This document shows, in pieces, positions 9,274 to 23,650 of a stretch of 64,000 nucleotides of DNA (position 1 is the first letter of the stretch; the number at the start of each line of letters is the position of its first letter). Under the pieces are notes generated by a model. The model was not told the DNA's origin. It searched no databases and worked only from the letters and a program-made list of their open reading frames with translations. Origin of the DNA: Candidatus Binatus soli (GTDB taxonomy: Bacteria; Desulfobacterota; Binatia; Binatales; Binataceae); NCBI GenBank assembly GCA_002479255.1, contig DLMJ01000021.1:68943-132942 (forward strand), in the 5' to 3' direction. A program made the translations under genes and the position numbers.

Positions 9274-9672
9274 ATGGCAGCTATCCTTAACCTCGAAGTG
9301 CTGCGAAATTTTCTGAAATCGAGCGGACGAGCAATCGCCACGACTCTCCGTGCGGCGGCGTGCATCCTAAGCGTGGCAATGCTTCTTTCCTTTCCCACTG
9401 CCAGGGCTCATCACTTTGGCCAACACGTTGGCGCCACCGAGATACGTCAGAATATCGTACGCCATACATTCGTCGCAGGCCCTGAGACCGGTGGCGTGGA
9501 GAAGATTGCGCATATCGATGCGCAGCCGGCGATTCCGATGCCGGTGATTATCGAGAATGTCGCGAAGGGCTTCTTCCCCCTGGCAATAGCCTCGGAAGTC
9601 CCGACCTTCCGTCTCCTCCAACACTTCAAGCTCGGGCCTTCGCGCTCGGGCGCACCCGACCCGCTGCTCTAG
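9274..9672 (+). CDS. Hypothetical exported small protein upstream of the RND operon
   Basis: Signal-like hydrophobic segment ending ARA, followed by HH..QH; Pro-rich C-terminus; GAGGG before ATG. Confidence 0.6.
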   Translation: MAAILNLEVLRNFLKSSGRAIATTLRAAACILSVAMLLSFPTARAHHFGQHVGATEIRQNIVRHTFVAGPETGGVEKIAHIDAQPAIPMPVIIENVAKGFFPLAIASEVPTFRLLQHFKLGPSRSGAPDPLL

Positions 9673-9789
9673 CCTCTGGATCAGGCGATCGCGTTCCCGT
9701 CGCCGCTTAAGTTTGCGTACACCCGGCGGGATTGATCCGGAAACATTGCTGGAGTTCGCTCCAGCCCTAATCGCGCGAGGTCATTTACA

Positions 9790-12700
9790 GTGCCTGGTTT
9801 TTCATTGCGCAATCCGCATGCCGTAATCGTGGGCGCGCTGCTCACGATAATCCTGGGTGTCGCGGCATTCCTCAGCATGCCCGTCGATGTCTTTCCCACT
9901 CTCGACATCCCGGTCGCGGTCGTGGCCACGTTCTATCCGGGGATGCCGCCGCTGGATATGGAGGCGGACATCACGACCCGCTTCGAGCGTTTCTTCACGC
10001 TCGGCAGCGACATCGAACACATGGAATCGCGATCGCTTCCGGGAGTCAGCATCATCAAGGTCTTCTTCCAGCCGGGCGTTGATTTGAGCGCCGCGACCGC
10101 CTCGCTGGGCAACCTCGCGATGGCCAATTTGCGCCATCTGCCTCCCGGTACGCTGCCGCCGCTCGTCCTGAAATCCGGCGCATCGTCGTTGCCGGTCACG
10201 CTCGTGACCGTGGCGGGCAAGGGATTCAACGAGGCGCAGCTCCACGACCAGGCGCAGTACAACATCCGCAACTGGATCGCGACCGTGCCCGGTGCGTCGG
10301 TGCCTCCGCCGTTCGGGGGCAAGGAGCGGCAGATCATGGCGTACGTCAATCGCGACGCCCTTCAGGCGCGCGGGCTGACCTTGATGGACGTCGTTAATTC
10401 GCTCAACGACGCCAACCTCATCATTCCGGCGGGTGACGCGAAGATCGGCTCGACTGACTACTTCGTTTATAGCAACAGCATGATTGAGGACCCGACCGAT
10501 ATTGATCAGGTGCCGGTCAAGGTCGGGGCCGGTGAAGCTCCGGTGTTCATGGGCGACGTCGGGCACGTCGAGGACGCGGCGCAGATTCAGCAGAACATCG
10601 TGCGCATCAACGGCCAGCGCTCGGTGTACATCGCCGTGATGAAACAGGGCAACGCCAACACGATCGCGGTCGTTGACGGCGTCGGCCAGGTGATCAAAAG
10701 AATCGCCGGTCTGCCCAACGGGATGAGCGTCAACGCGATCTTCGGGCAGGACGCGTACGTGCGCGCGGCGGTCGACAGCCTCGAGCATGAGGCTGCCTCG
10801 GGCGCCGTCCTCGCATCGCTGATGATCCTGATTTTCCTGGGCAGCTTCCGCTCGACAGTCGCGATTTTTTTGTCGATCCCGCTGTCGATTCTTGCCGGCG
10901 CGTTCGGCCTGCGCATGAGCGGCGCCACCATCAACGTGATGACGCTCGGCGGCTTCGCGCTCGCAATCGGCCGTTTGGTTGACGACTCGACGGTCGTGCT
11001 CGAAAACATCAACCGCCATCTGGCCCAGGGCAAGGCTCCGCCCGACGCCGCGCGCGACGGCGCCAACGAAGTCGCGCTGGCGGTCCTTGCCTCGACGATC
11101 ACAACCGTCATCGTCTTCTCGCCGGTGATGTTTCTGTTCGGCGTAGCGAAGTCGCTGTTCAGCGCGCTGTCGCTGGCGGTGGTCCTCTCGATGCTGGCGT
11201 CGTACGTGGTCTCGATGACGGTGATCCCGGTTTACTGCGCGTATTTTCTGACGGCGGACGCGGCGCGCGAGGCGGAAGAAGGCACCGGCCGTGGCTTTCT
11301 GGCCGCGTTCATCCGCAGCTACGACCGCTTCGCGGAACGTTACGAGCGTCTGCTTGATCGGGTGCTCAATCACAAAAGCGCGGTGATCGTTGCTGCCACG
11401 ATTCTCTTTGCGGTGAGCATGGCCGCATTTCCTCTGCTCGGCGCCGAACTGTTCCCCAGAACGGACGCCGGTCAGTTTGTCATCCAGTTCCGCGCGCCGC
11501 TCGGAACGCGCATAGAGCTCACCGAGCAACTGGCTGAACGTCTGGAAAACACGATTCGAGAGGTGATACCGCCGGCTGAACTCGCGACGGTGGTCTCGAA
11601 TATAGGTTTGGAGCCGGAATTCTCGGCGATCTATTCGCCAAACGCGGCCAGCGATTCGGGCTTCGTGATGGTGGCGCTCAAGCACGAGCACCGCGTCTCG
11701 ACCTGGGACTACGTCGCGAAGCTCAAAGCGATTCTACCCGCGCGTCTTCCGGAAATTCGCACCTTCTTTTCATCTGGAAGCATCATCGACTCGGTGCTTA
11801 ATTTCGGGCTGGCGGCGCCGATCGATATACAGATGAGCGGCCAACGCTACTCCGAGCTGTTCGACCTGGCGCGCAAAGTCGATGCGCGCGTGAAAGGCCT
11901 GCCGGAAGTCGCCGGGACGTTCATTCCCGAGGAATCGAACTATCCGACGCTCAAGATCAACGTTGACCGGGTGAAAGCCGCGCGGCTGGGTCTCACCCAG
12001 CGCGACGTCGTCACCAACGTGATCACCGCGCTCACCTCGAATCAAATGATCGCACCGTCAATCTGGATCGATCCGAAGACGGGCAATGATTACTTCCTGA
12101 CCGTGCAATACTATGAAGATCAGATCAATTCACTCGACACGCTGCGCAACATCCCGGTGCGAAGCAGCGGCGGCGACCATTCGCGAGCCGACGCACTGCT
12201 GCTGCGCAACGTCGCTACCATAACCCGCGAGCAGCATCCCGCCGAGGCGGACCATTACGACATTCAACGCGTCGTCGATGTGCTGGTTGCGCCGAGCACC
12301 GATGACATGGGCGGCGCGCTGAAGGCGGTGCGGAAGGCGCTGGCCGACCTCAAATTGCCGGCGGGAACTGAAATCGCATATCGCGGCTCGGTTGAATCGA
12401 TGCAGCGATCGTTTTCCAGCTTCGGTTACGGCCTCGCGATGGCGGTGGTGCTGCTTTACCTCGTGATGGTGGCGCAGTTCCGCTCGTTCCTCGACCCTTT
12501 CATCATAATGTTCGCGGTTCCGATGGGTCTGATCGGTGTCGTGTGGACGCTTTATTTCACCGGCACCACGCTCAATATCGAGTCGTTCATGGGAATCATC
12601 GCGATGGTCGGGATCGTGGTGTCCAACGCGATCCTGCTGGTGGATTTTGCCAACCGGCGCTTCCGTGGCGGGGAGGAACTCCGCCTGGCAATCGTGGAGT

Positions 12701-12918
12701 CGGCGAAAATCCGGATGCGCCCGATTCTGATGACAACGCTGGCGACGGTGGTGGGCCTGATGCCGATGGCGCTCAAGCTGGGCGCCGGATCGGAAGCCTC
12801 CGCTCCGCTCGCGCGCGCAGCCGCCGGCGGACTGGCAGTCTCCACGCTGCTGACGCTGTTCCTGGTCCCTGCACTCTACGAAACATTCTACGGCCGTCGT
12901 CAGCAGGTATCTAAATGA
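9790..12918 (+). CDS. RND efflux transporter permease subunit (AcrB/CzcA superfamily)
   Basis: 1042 aa; PVDVFP, GRLVDDSTVVLENI and RMRPILMTT motifs. Confidence 0.95.
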   Translation: MPGFSLRNPHAVIVGALLTIILGVAAFLSMPVDVFPTLDIPVAVVATFYPGMPPLDMEADITTRFERFFTLGSDIEHMESRSLPGVSIIKVFFQPGVDLSAATASLGNLAMANLRHLPPGTLPPLVLKSGASSLPVTLVTVAGKGFNEAQLHDQAQYNIRNWIATVPGASVPPPFGGKERQIMAYVNRDALQARGLTLMDVVNSLNDANLIIPAGDAKIGSTDYFVYSNSMIEDPTDIDQVPVKVGAGEAPVFMGDVGHVEDAAQIQQNIVRINGQRSVYIAVMKQGNANTIAVVDGVGQVIKRIAGLPNGMSVNAIFGQDAYVRAAVDSLEHEAASGAVLASLMILIFLGSFRSTVAIFLSIPLSILAGAFGLRMSGATINVMTLGGFALAIGRLVDDSTVVLENINRHLAQGKAPPDAARDGANEVALAVLASTITTVIVFSPVMFLFGVAKSLFSALSLAVVLSMLASYVVSMTVIPVYCAYFLTADAAREAEEGTGRGFLAAFIRSYDRFAERYERLLDRVLNHKSAVIVAATILFAVSMAAFPLLGAELFPRTDAGQFVIQFRAPLGTRIELTEQLAERLENTIREVIPPAELATVVSNIGLEPEFSAIYSPNAASDSGFVMVALKHEHRVSTWDYVAKLKAILPARLPEIRTFFSSGSIIDSVLNFGLAAPIDIQMSGQRYSELFDLARKVDARVKGLPEVAGTFIPEESNYPTLKINVDRVKAARLGLTQRDVVTNVITALTSNQMIAPSIWIDPKTGNDYFLTVQYYEDQINSLDTLRNIPVRSSGGDHSRADALLLRNVATITREQHPAEADHYDIQRVVDVLVAPSTDDMGGALKAVRKALADLKLPAGTEIAYRGSVESMQRSFSSFGYGLAMAVVLLYLVMVAQFRSFLDPFIIMFAVPMGLIGVVWTLYFTGTTLNIESFMGIIAMVGIVVSNAILLVDFANRRFRGGEELRLAIVESAKIRMRPILMTTLATVVGLMPMALKLGAGSEASAPLARAAAGGLAVSTLLTLFLVPALYETFYGRRQQVSK

Positions 12919-14057
12919 ATAAGTTTCTTGGCCGCACAATCGCGGCCGTCTGCATACTAACGGCGGCGACTGGATGCTCGCGTGCGCATAACGAGGCACC
13001 GAACGATTCGCGGCGCACGGTTGTGGTGATTCGGCCGCAGCGCGGCGACATGATCCGTTCGATCACGTTGCCCGGAGATTTGGTCGGGCTATACCAATCG
13101 ACTCTCTATGCGAAGGTTACTGGCTATTTGAAAAGTATCTCAGTTGACAAGGGCGATTGGGTAAAGAACGGGCAGGTGCTTGCCGAAATCGAAGTTCCCG
13201 AGCTTCAGCAGCGACTCGCACGCGCCAGGGCCGATCTGGAAGTTCAGCACCTCACCTATCAGCGCCTCGAGCAAGTCTGGAAGAGCGACCCGCGGCTGGT
13301 CGCGCGCCAGGACGTCGATATCGCGCATGGCAAATATTTCGAGGCGAAGGCGCAAATGGACGAGCTCGAAGCGATGGTCTCGTACACCAAAATCGTCGCG
13401 CCGTTCGACGGAGTCATCACGGGCCGTTTCGTCGATCCGGGAGCGCTCATCAAGGCCGGCGGAGAGCAGACGACCTCCGCTCCGGATCAGGGCTCGGCGC
13501 ATCCCAATGGCGGCACGTCGCCGGTTCTTAGTCTCGCGTTGATCGACACGATGCGCACGTATGTTTACGTGCCGGAGGACGGAGTCGGATCGATCAGGCG
13601 CGGAACGCCCGCGAAGCTGACGCTGCGAGATTTGCCCGGACGCTCGTTCGAGGGATCTGTCGCGCGCTACTCGAACTCCCTTGACCTGGGAACGCGCACC
13701 ATGCTGACCGAAATCGACCTGAAAAATCCCCGCCATGAGCTTTATCCCGGGATGTACGCGAATGTGACGCTCGAACTCGAGCGGCATCGCGACGCGCTCA
13801 AGCTGCCCGAGGCGGCCATCGGCGATTCGCCCGGCGGGAAATACGTAATGATCGCGCAGGACGGGAAGCTGCGGAGACAGGACGTAACGGTCGGGATCAA
13901 TACCGGCAACAGCGTCGAGATAGTCCACGGTCTTGGCGGCGGAGAAACGGTGGTGGCGACTCTGGATCCTTCAATAGTTCCGGACGAAGTAGTCAATATC
14001 GTAGAGCAGAAGGCCCAGCCTGATGAACGATCGAACATGGCTGCAAAAACCCAGTGA
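12915..14057 (+). CDS. RND periplasmic adaptor (membrane fusion protein), lipoprotein
   Basis: Lipobox-like ATGC; YAKVTGY..VDKGD, APFDGVIT and LYPGMYA; ATGA overlap with the permease. Confidence 0.95.
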   Translation: MNKFLGRTIAAVCILTAATGCSRAHNEAPNDSRRTVVVIRPQRGDMIRSITLPGDLVGLYQSTLYAKVTGYLKSISVDKGDWVKNGQVLAEIEVPELQQRLARARADLEVQHLTYQRLEQVWKSDPRLVARQDVDIAHGKYFEAKAQMDELEAMVSYTKIVAPFDGVITGRFVDPGALIKAGGEQTTSAPDQGSAHPNGGTSPVLSLALIDTMRTYVYVPEDGVGSIRRGTPAKLTLRDLPGRSFEGSVARYSNSLDLGTRTMLTEIDLKNPRHELYPGMYANVTLELERHRDALKLPEAAIGDSPGGKYVMIAQDGKLRRQDVTVGINTGNSVEIVHGLGGGETVVATLDPSIVPDEVVNIVEQKAQPDERSNMAAKTQ

Positions 14058-14073
14058 GTATCGGAGACATACT

Positions 14074-15465
14074 ATGCGGAAATCGATTATCAGAACTGCA
14101 GTTGTGTTCGCAGGTTGCCTACTGACTATAGCCACTCCGCAATTCGCCTGGGCGCTCGAGACCTTGCAGCCGGGTGAGAAGCTCACTCTCGAGCGCGCAA
14201 TCGAACTGACGATCCGCAACCATCCGCGCGGACTGGAGATGAAATCCGAGGCCGTCGCCGCGGGCGAGCGCGTGGGGGAGGCTCGCGCAGCGCTTCTGCC
14301 GCAGGTGTACAGCGTCGGCGAATACCTGCGTTCTACAGACAATCCGATCGGAAACACCACGTATCTCAATCCGGGGTTCATCCCGCGCATCACCGGAACA
14401 CTGCACGGCGCACCGGCGAATGCCGGGCAAAGCTTTTCGACCACCGATAACTTTCTGACCGGAGTGGCCGTGCAGCAGTACCTATTCGACTTCGGACGGG
14501 TTCGCGGCCTGATCGAGCAGCGCGATGAAGAAGCGCATGCGGCATTGTCTCAGGCGCAGTCGACGGAACTCGATCTTGCCTTCGAAGCAGCGCAACGCTA
14601 TTTCGCGCTGCTGGCGGCCGCGCAAAAGGTAAAGGTCTATCAGAAGGAGATCGAGCAGCGCTCCGAGCAGCTGCATGCCGCGCAGGTGAAGGCCAGCGCC
14701 AACCTCACTCCCCAGATCGACGTGCTTACAGCGCAGGCTGCGCTGACACGCGCGCAAACCGACCTGCTGGAGGCCTCCGATCAGCAGGCCATAGCCCGGG
14801 TGGCGCTCAACAATGCGATGGCGATAGATCGCAACGCACCGGACTACGAGCTGGCGGACGTGCTCACTTATAAGCAGGTTTCAGGGAGTCTCGAGTCATT
14901 CTTCGCTTCCGCAATCGCAATGCGGCCGGACCTGCGCGCGCTCGAAGCCGAAGCGCAAGCGGCCGGTGCGCAAGTCAAGCAGGCCCGCAGCGATTATTTT
15001 CCTTCGGTGGGAGCGACGGCCGGCTACAGCGCGATGGGCGCGGGTCTTCCGGCGGCGAACAACTTCAACGCGGGAATAGTAGTGACGTGGCCTATCTTCA
15101 ACGGCTTCGCGACGGAGCATCAGGTCCAGGAAGCAAAGGCCCTCCAGAACGCCATTCGCTACTCGATCGAAGATCTTGAGCAGCGCGTGTGGCTCGACGT
15201 AAAGAGTGCTTACCTCGAGCTGCAGACCTCGGTGGAGCGAATCCATCAGGCAGAAGCAACGCTGGCTGCGTCTTCGGGGCAGCTCGAACTGGCGGACAAG
15301 CGTTACAACGCGGGTCTCGGCAATATAATCGAGCTCACCGACGCGGAGCGTTTCTATATCGAGGACGACGCAGCATACGTCGACGCGCTGTACGGATACT
15401 CAGTGGCAGAAGCGACGCTCGATCGTGTTACCGGCGCGTCAATCCGCTCGGCGCCTGACAAATGA
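14074..15465 (+). CDS. TolC-family outer-membrane efflux protein
   Basis: LTLERAI, LFDFG, RPDL, A..DYFP and RYNAGLG..IEL motifs. Confidence 0.9.
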   Translation: MRKSIIRTAVVFAGCLLTIATPQFAWALETLQPGEKLTLERAIELTIRNHPRGLEMKSEAVAAGERVGEARAALLPQVYSVGEYLRSTDNPIGNTTYLNPGFIPRITGTLHGAPANAGQSFSTTDNFLTGVAVQQYLFDFGRVRGLIEQRDEEAHAALSQAQSTELDLAFEAAQRYFALLAAAQKVKVYQKEIEQRSEQLHAAQVKASANLTPQIDVLTAQAALTRAQTDLLEASDQQAIARVALNNAMAIDRNAPDYELADVLTYKQVSGSLESFFASAIAMRPDLRALEAEAQAAGAQVKQARSDYFPSVGATAGYSAMGAGLPAANNFNAGIVVTWPIFNGFATEHQVQEAKALQNAIRYSIEDLEQRVWLDVKSAYLELQTSVERIHQAEATLAASSGQLELADKRYNAGLGNIIELTDAERFYIEDDAAYVDALYGYSVAEATLDRVTGASIRSAPDK

Positions 15466-15506
15466 AACGGGCCGGGGTAAAAGAATCAAGGCGAGGTACA
15501 CTGCCC

Positions 15507-16019
15507 ATGACCATGAAGATTCCGCTGCCCGACGAAGCACGGCTCACGCCGGAAATCGCTGCGACGCTGGGCAAGCTCCCGCCGCTGAACGTGTTCCGAA
15601 TGATGGCGAACGCGCCAGCGAGCTTCGAGCCGCTCGTCAACTTCGCGATGTCGATTCTGCTCCGCAGTGAGTTCGACAAGCGCAAGCGCGAGATCGCGGT
15701 GCTCCGCGTCGCACACGTTACGCGATCGAGCTACGAATGGACGCACCACGTAGCGGTCGCGAAGAGCGTTGGCGTGACCGACGACGAGATCGCCGCGATC
15801 AAGGCGGACGGCGCCGTCACGCGGCTCGATGCCGAGGGAAACCTGCTGTGCCGCGTCGCGGACGAGATCAGCCGCGACGTGCGGCTGAGCGACGAGGCGC
15901 TCGCCTCAATCATGGACCGCTACGGCGTGCGCCAGGCTACCGAACTCATCCTGTGCTGCAGCTATTTCAACATGCTGAGCCGATTTCTCGAATCGACCCG
16001 TGTGGAGCTGGAGCCTTAA
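15507..16019 (+). CDS. Carboxymuconolactone decarboxylase / AhpD-family protein
   Basis: REIAVLRVA...YEWTHH...A...G motif. Confidence 0.85.
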   Translation: MTMKIPLPDEARLTPEIAATLGKLPPLNVFRMMANAPASFEPLVNFAMSILLRSEFDKRKREIAVLRVAHVTRSSYEWTHHVAVAKSVGVTDDEIAAIKADGAVTRLDAEGNLLCRVADEISRDVRLSDEALASIMDRYGVRQATELILCCSYFNMLSRFLESTRVELEP

Positions 16020-16101
16020 GCCGCCGCTCCCTTCTGCCCGACGGCCCGGGAATTCGTGAAGGGTTGGATCGCTTGCTGCCCGCTTGCAGCCGGCCGCCGG
16101 G

Positions 16102-17108
16102 TTAAAGATTTTTCGGCAGCGAGTAGGAACTCAGCACGCGCACGTAGTTGGGGCGCTGGAAGGCCGCCGGGTTGGGTACATTGCGCTGACTCATGCTGCC
16201 GCACATCTGGCGAATGGATTCGTACTCGTGTTCTTCCATCCAGCTCAGGAGATCGCACAGGACGACGCCGAGATGCTTGATGCCGTTGTGCAGCAGTGCC
16301 GAGGTCATCATCGTAACGCGCGCGCCCGCCATCACCGCCTTCAACACATCTTGCGCGCTATGGACGCCGCCGGTGATCGCCAGGTCGGCGCCGACGCGGC
16401 CGAAGATGATCGCGACCCAATGCAGCCTCAGCAGCAATTCCTCGGGGCTGCTCAGCGTCAGGCTCGGCACGACTTCGAGCTGTTCGAGATCCAAATCCGG
16501 CTGATAGAAGCGATTGAACAGCACCAGCGCATTGGCGCCGGCAGCATCGAGTTGTTTTGCCATGTTGGCGGGAGCACTGAAGAATTGCGACACCTTCACC
16601 GCAAGCGGAATCCGTACGCTTTGTTTTACCGCCTGAACCAGCTCGGTGTATGCCCGCTCGATGTGGCCGGCGGTGAGTTCCGGGTCGGTCACAATCGAAT
16701 AGAGGTTCAACTCGATGGCGTCGGCGCCCGCTTGCTCAATCTCGCGCGCATAGCGGATCCAACCGCCGGCTGAGACCCCATTGAGGCTGCCGATGACGGG
16801 AATCGAAACGCTCGCCTTGGCCGTGCGAATCAGCTCCAGATAGCCGTCGGGGCCTAAGTTGTACGTCGTCAGGTCGGGAAAGTAGCCCAGCGATTCGGCG
16901 AAACTTTCAGAGCCGCGAGAGAGATCCGCGTCAAGCGTCTCACTTTCCAGCGTGAGTTGCTCTTCGAAGAGCGAAGGCAGCACCACGGCGGCAATCCCGT
17001 GATCTTCGAGACGCCGAATACGGTCTATCGAATCGCAAAGCGGCCCGGCCGAAGCGACGATGGGGTTCTTCAGGACGAGGCCAAGGTATTTGGTCGCTAG
17101 GTCGATCA

Positions 17109-17109
<1 letters not shown>
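16102..17109 (-). CDS. Dihydroorotate dehydrogenase-like FMN protein (nifJ-associated type)
   Basis: [26 protein letters not shown] and TGGVH; start overlaps the nifJ stop (TAATG). Confidence 0.85.
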
Positions 17110-20717
<3,608 letters not shown>

Positions 20718-20997
20718 TTTGAGACCCGCAATGTATTTCGTCAGCGCCTTTTCAACAAGATAGCAATAGATTTAACAGCGTATCTAGCCATCTGGTTTGA
20801 AGTCGCGGCTGTAGTTGAGTAGCGCAGCCGGCGACCCCGCTCAAGGGTCTCCAGGACCCGAACCTCATCGAGCATGAGCGCGGCGCCCGCCATCCCTCGT
20901 GGCGCGATGCGCCCTCCGATCCGAACCGATGGCTTCCCTGTCCTTGCCTCTAGCCAGGGACAAAGCTTCGTCCTACCATCTCGCGCGGGAGGCCATC

Positions 20998-21420
20998 ATG
21001 CCCAATCGAACCGCCGTTCATTCCGAACTCTACTCGCCGGACTCCGCCGACAATCCTTCCCTGAACGGCGGGAGATGCCGCTCCTGTGGCTATGTCTTCT
21101 TTCCCCCGCAGCGTTATGGATGCGAGTCCTGCGGTGCGCCGCCCGAAAAGCTCGAGGCAGTACAATTGGGCGGACGCGGCACGCTTCATTCGTACGCAAC
21201 CGTTCATCTCCATATGGGCAGGGACATCGAGGCGCCGTTCACGATCGGCCTGATCGTCCTCGATGACGGCCCGGCCATTTCTTCCACGCTTGCCAACCGC
21301 ACCGACGAAGGCCTCGCCATCGGCGATCGCATGAAGAGCGTGCTCGTTACGGCCAGTACCGATCAGGCCGGTAACGAGATGGTCGAGCTGCGCTTCGCCA
21401 AGGCAGAGGGATCCAAATGA
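20998..21420 (+). CDS. DUF35 Zn-ribbon/OB-fold protein
   Basis: C..CG..FFPP...C..CG; overlaps the thiolase start. Confidence 0.9.
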   Translation: MPNRTAVHSELYSPDSADNPSLNGGRCRSCGYVFFPPQRYGCESCGAPPEKLEAVQLGGRGTLHSYATVHLHMGRDIEAPFTIGLIVLDDGPAISSTLANRTDEGLAIGDRMKSVLVTASTDQAGNEMVELRFAKAEGSK

Positions 21421-22568
21421 AAAAGAACCTTCGCGATATGCGCCCGGTCTATGTAGTCGGCATCGGCCTCCATCGATATCAGCGCCTCAGTGAAACCCCG
21501 TACGTGACGCTCGGCCTTACCGCGGTGCGGGAGGCGCTTGCGGATGCTGCCCTTGAATGGCGATCGGTCGAGTCGGCCTACACCGGCACGGCGCTGATCG
21601 GAATGGCGGCTTCGCGACCGATGCTGCGCCATCTCGGCGCGACCGGAATTCCGATGGCCCAGGTTGAGAACGCGTCCGCTTCGGGATCGACCGCATTTCG
21701 CCAGGCGTGCATCGATGTCGCCAGCGGCTTGACCGATGTTTCACTCGCGCTGGGAGTGGACAAGCCGGGACCGATCGCGATGGCGGCGGGGAAGACCGGA
21801 ATGCGCGATCTGGTCGGCTCTCGCATGATGCCTTTCACCCATTTCGCCCTGCTCGCGCAGGAGTACATGACTCGCTACGGTGTGAGCGCGCCGCAGATCG
21901 GCATGGTCGCGGTCAAGAACAATCGCAACGGCGCAAACAATCCCTACGCGCAGCGCCAAAAGGCAAAAACCTTGGAAGAAGTGATGGCCGGCCCGGCTAT
22001 TTCGGGCTCGCTGACGCGCCTTCAATGCTGCCCCATCGGGGAGGGCGCAGCCGCGGTGATAGTCGCCTCCGACGATGCGATCGCGCGACTCGGGATCGAT
22101 CGCAAGCGCCGAGTCAGAGTCATCGCGTCGGTCACGAAAACCGAGCAGATCTACCCCGGCGCGAAAAATTTTGACGCAGAGTTGACTCGCGAAACTGTCG
22201 AGCAGGCCTATCGCGAAGCCGCCATAGGACCCGGCGACCTGAATCTGATTGAACTCCATGACGCGTTCACGATCGAAGAGCTACTGTACGTGGAGGCAAT
22301 GGGGCTGTGTGCGCCGGGCAAGGCTGCGGGCGCGATCGCCGCAGGCGAGTTCGATATAGGCGGCCGCTGCGCGGTAAGCGCCTCAGGAGGACTGCTCGCG
22401 ATGGGCCATCCGATCGGTCCGACCGGCGCCGGGCAGATCGCCGAGATCACGCGCCAGTTGCGCGGCGAAGCCGGCGTGCGCCAACAGCCCAACGCAAGGA
22501 CAGGCCTTGCTCACTTGGTGGGCCTCGGCGCCGTCTGCGTCGTTCATATTCTGCAGAAGCAGGCCTGA
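21417..22568 (+). CDS. SCP2-type thiolase-family protein
   Basis: VENASASG, ELHDAF and GHPIGPTG motifs. Confidence 0.9.
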   Translation: MKKNLRDMRPVYVVGIGLHRYQRLSETPYVTLGLTAVREALADAALEWRSVESAYTGTALIGMAASRPMLRHLGATGIPMAQVENASASGSTAFRQACIDVASGLTDVSLALGVDKPGPIAMAAGKTGMRDLVGSRMMPFTHFALLAQEYMTRYGVSAPQIGMVAVKNNRNGANNPYAQRQKAKTLEEVMAGPAISGSLTRLQCCPIGEGAAAVIVASDDAIARLGIDRKRRVRVIASVTKTEQIYPGAKNFDAELTRETVEQAYREAAIGPGDLNLIELHDAFTIEELLYVEAMGLCAPGKAAGAIAAGEFDIGGRCAVSASGGLLAMGHPIGPTGAGQIAEITRQLRGEAGVRQQPNARTGLAHLVGLGAVCVVHILQKQA

Positions 22569-22596
22569 ACGACGCTGAGGAGAGTCTGATTTTTGC

Positions 22597-22625
22597 GTCA
22601 TTCTAGAGCGAAGCGAAGAATCCCG
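22597..22625 (+). repeat. Family B palindromic repeat, half copy (GTCATTCTAGAGCGAAGCGAAGAATCCCG)
   Basis: Matches the copies at 37467, 39213, 39531 and 39776. Confidence 0.7.
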
Positions 22626-22710
22626 AATCCTTCCTAGCCTCTCTTTATTAGAGAGAGCTTAGGCGAACAGGCGGGTTTCTGCGACTGTTCGGACTCGCGA
22701 TCGGTTAAGG

Positions 22711-22920
22711 TTGCGACGCGGCGTCGAGGCGATGGACAACAGCTACCGGTTGCTCGACTTGACCGTCTACGGGCGGCAGGAGACGTGGGAGGACTCGCCG
22801 ACTGGCTGGCCACAACGGTTTGAAGGCACGCAGGTTACCCGTACCGATGGACGTCCCACCGCCCAATGGTCCCGCCTGAAGGCCGGGTATTCGGACGACC
22901 TGGGAACCGGCAGACGCTGA
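22711..22920 (+). pseudogene. C-terminal fragment of a DUF899 (thioredoxin-like) protein
   Basis: [30 protein letters not shown]...[10 protein letters not shown] resembles the DUF899 C-terminus; N-terminal part is absent. Confidence 0.7.
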
Positions 22921-23006
22921 ACCGCCCCTACCATTTAAGGCGGGAATGGGGCTTTGGGGACAGCGGAGGCATCGGCATACAATTCGGAGTATACATGTAA
23001 TTTAGT

Positions 23007-23369
23007 ATGGCACTGTCAAAGGGAAAAGGTCTGCTCGTTGGCTATGGTATCCTAGCATGTCTGATTGTTGTAGTCACGGTTGTCAGTAAGGCATGCACCT
23101 TAAATACCGCAGCCTATGCGGCGGCAGACCACTTTGTCCGGGCCGATGCAGGAGTGTCAGCCAAGCTAGGTACTGTCAAAGAAACGTCGATGAAATGGTA
23201 CCACTTTTCAACAGGTAGCCGAGGCACATCTGCCATGTTTAGGATTGCGGTGAGCGGAGCGAAGGATCGTGGAATCGCGAACCTGAAACTGGAGAAACAC
23301 GAGAACGTCTGGCGAGTTACGACAGCTTCCTTGCTGCTATCATCCGGAGAGGTCGTCGCGCTGAGATGA
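23007..23369 (+). CDS. Coa1-like single-TM hypothetical protein (lower GC)
   Basis: N-terminal TM, then A..FV..D..V..KLG...A.F.I.VSG.K..G.A.L.LEK...W. Confidence 0.55.
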   Translation: MALSKGKGLLVGYGILACLIVVVTVVSKACTLNTAAYAAADHFVRADAGVSAKLGTVKETSMKWYHFSTGSRGTSAMFRIAVSGAKDRGIANLKLEKHENVWRVTTASLLLSSGEVVALR

Positions 23370-23650
23370 ACGCCGTGGGGGGAACTCTTTTCGACCGGAT
23401 TGTATACCGAGTACAGTTGCTCGGAATCGCGTGGATGTGGTTCTGCAGCTGGCTTTGGCTGGCGACCTTAGTCTATTTCCTTTATCGCAAATTCGGAGTT
23501 GACCACTGGCGCCCTCGTCGTCTCTCGGATGTCGTGCTTCTAGTGATTATACCGCCTCTCGCTGCGCTTCCGTTTGCCTTCACCAGATTCTCTCGCAAAT
23601 TGGTTCTTCGTTCCTCTGCCGCTGCCAGCGTTCGGCCGTCGCGCGATTAA
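23366..23650 (+). CDS. Small 2-TM hypothetical protein (lower GC)
   Basis: ATGA overlap with the previous gene; two hydrophobic segments. Confidence 0.55.
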   Translation: MNAVGGTLFDRIVYRVQLLGIAWMWFCSWLWLATLVYFLYRKFGVDHWRPRRLSDVVLLVIIPPLAALPFAFTRFSRKLVLRSSAAASVRPSRD

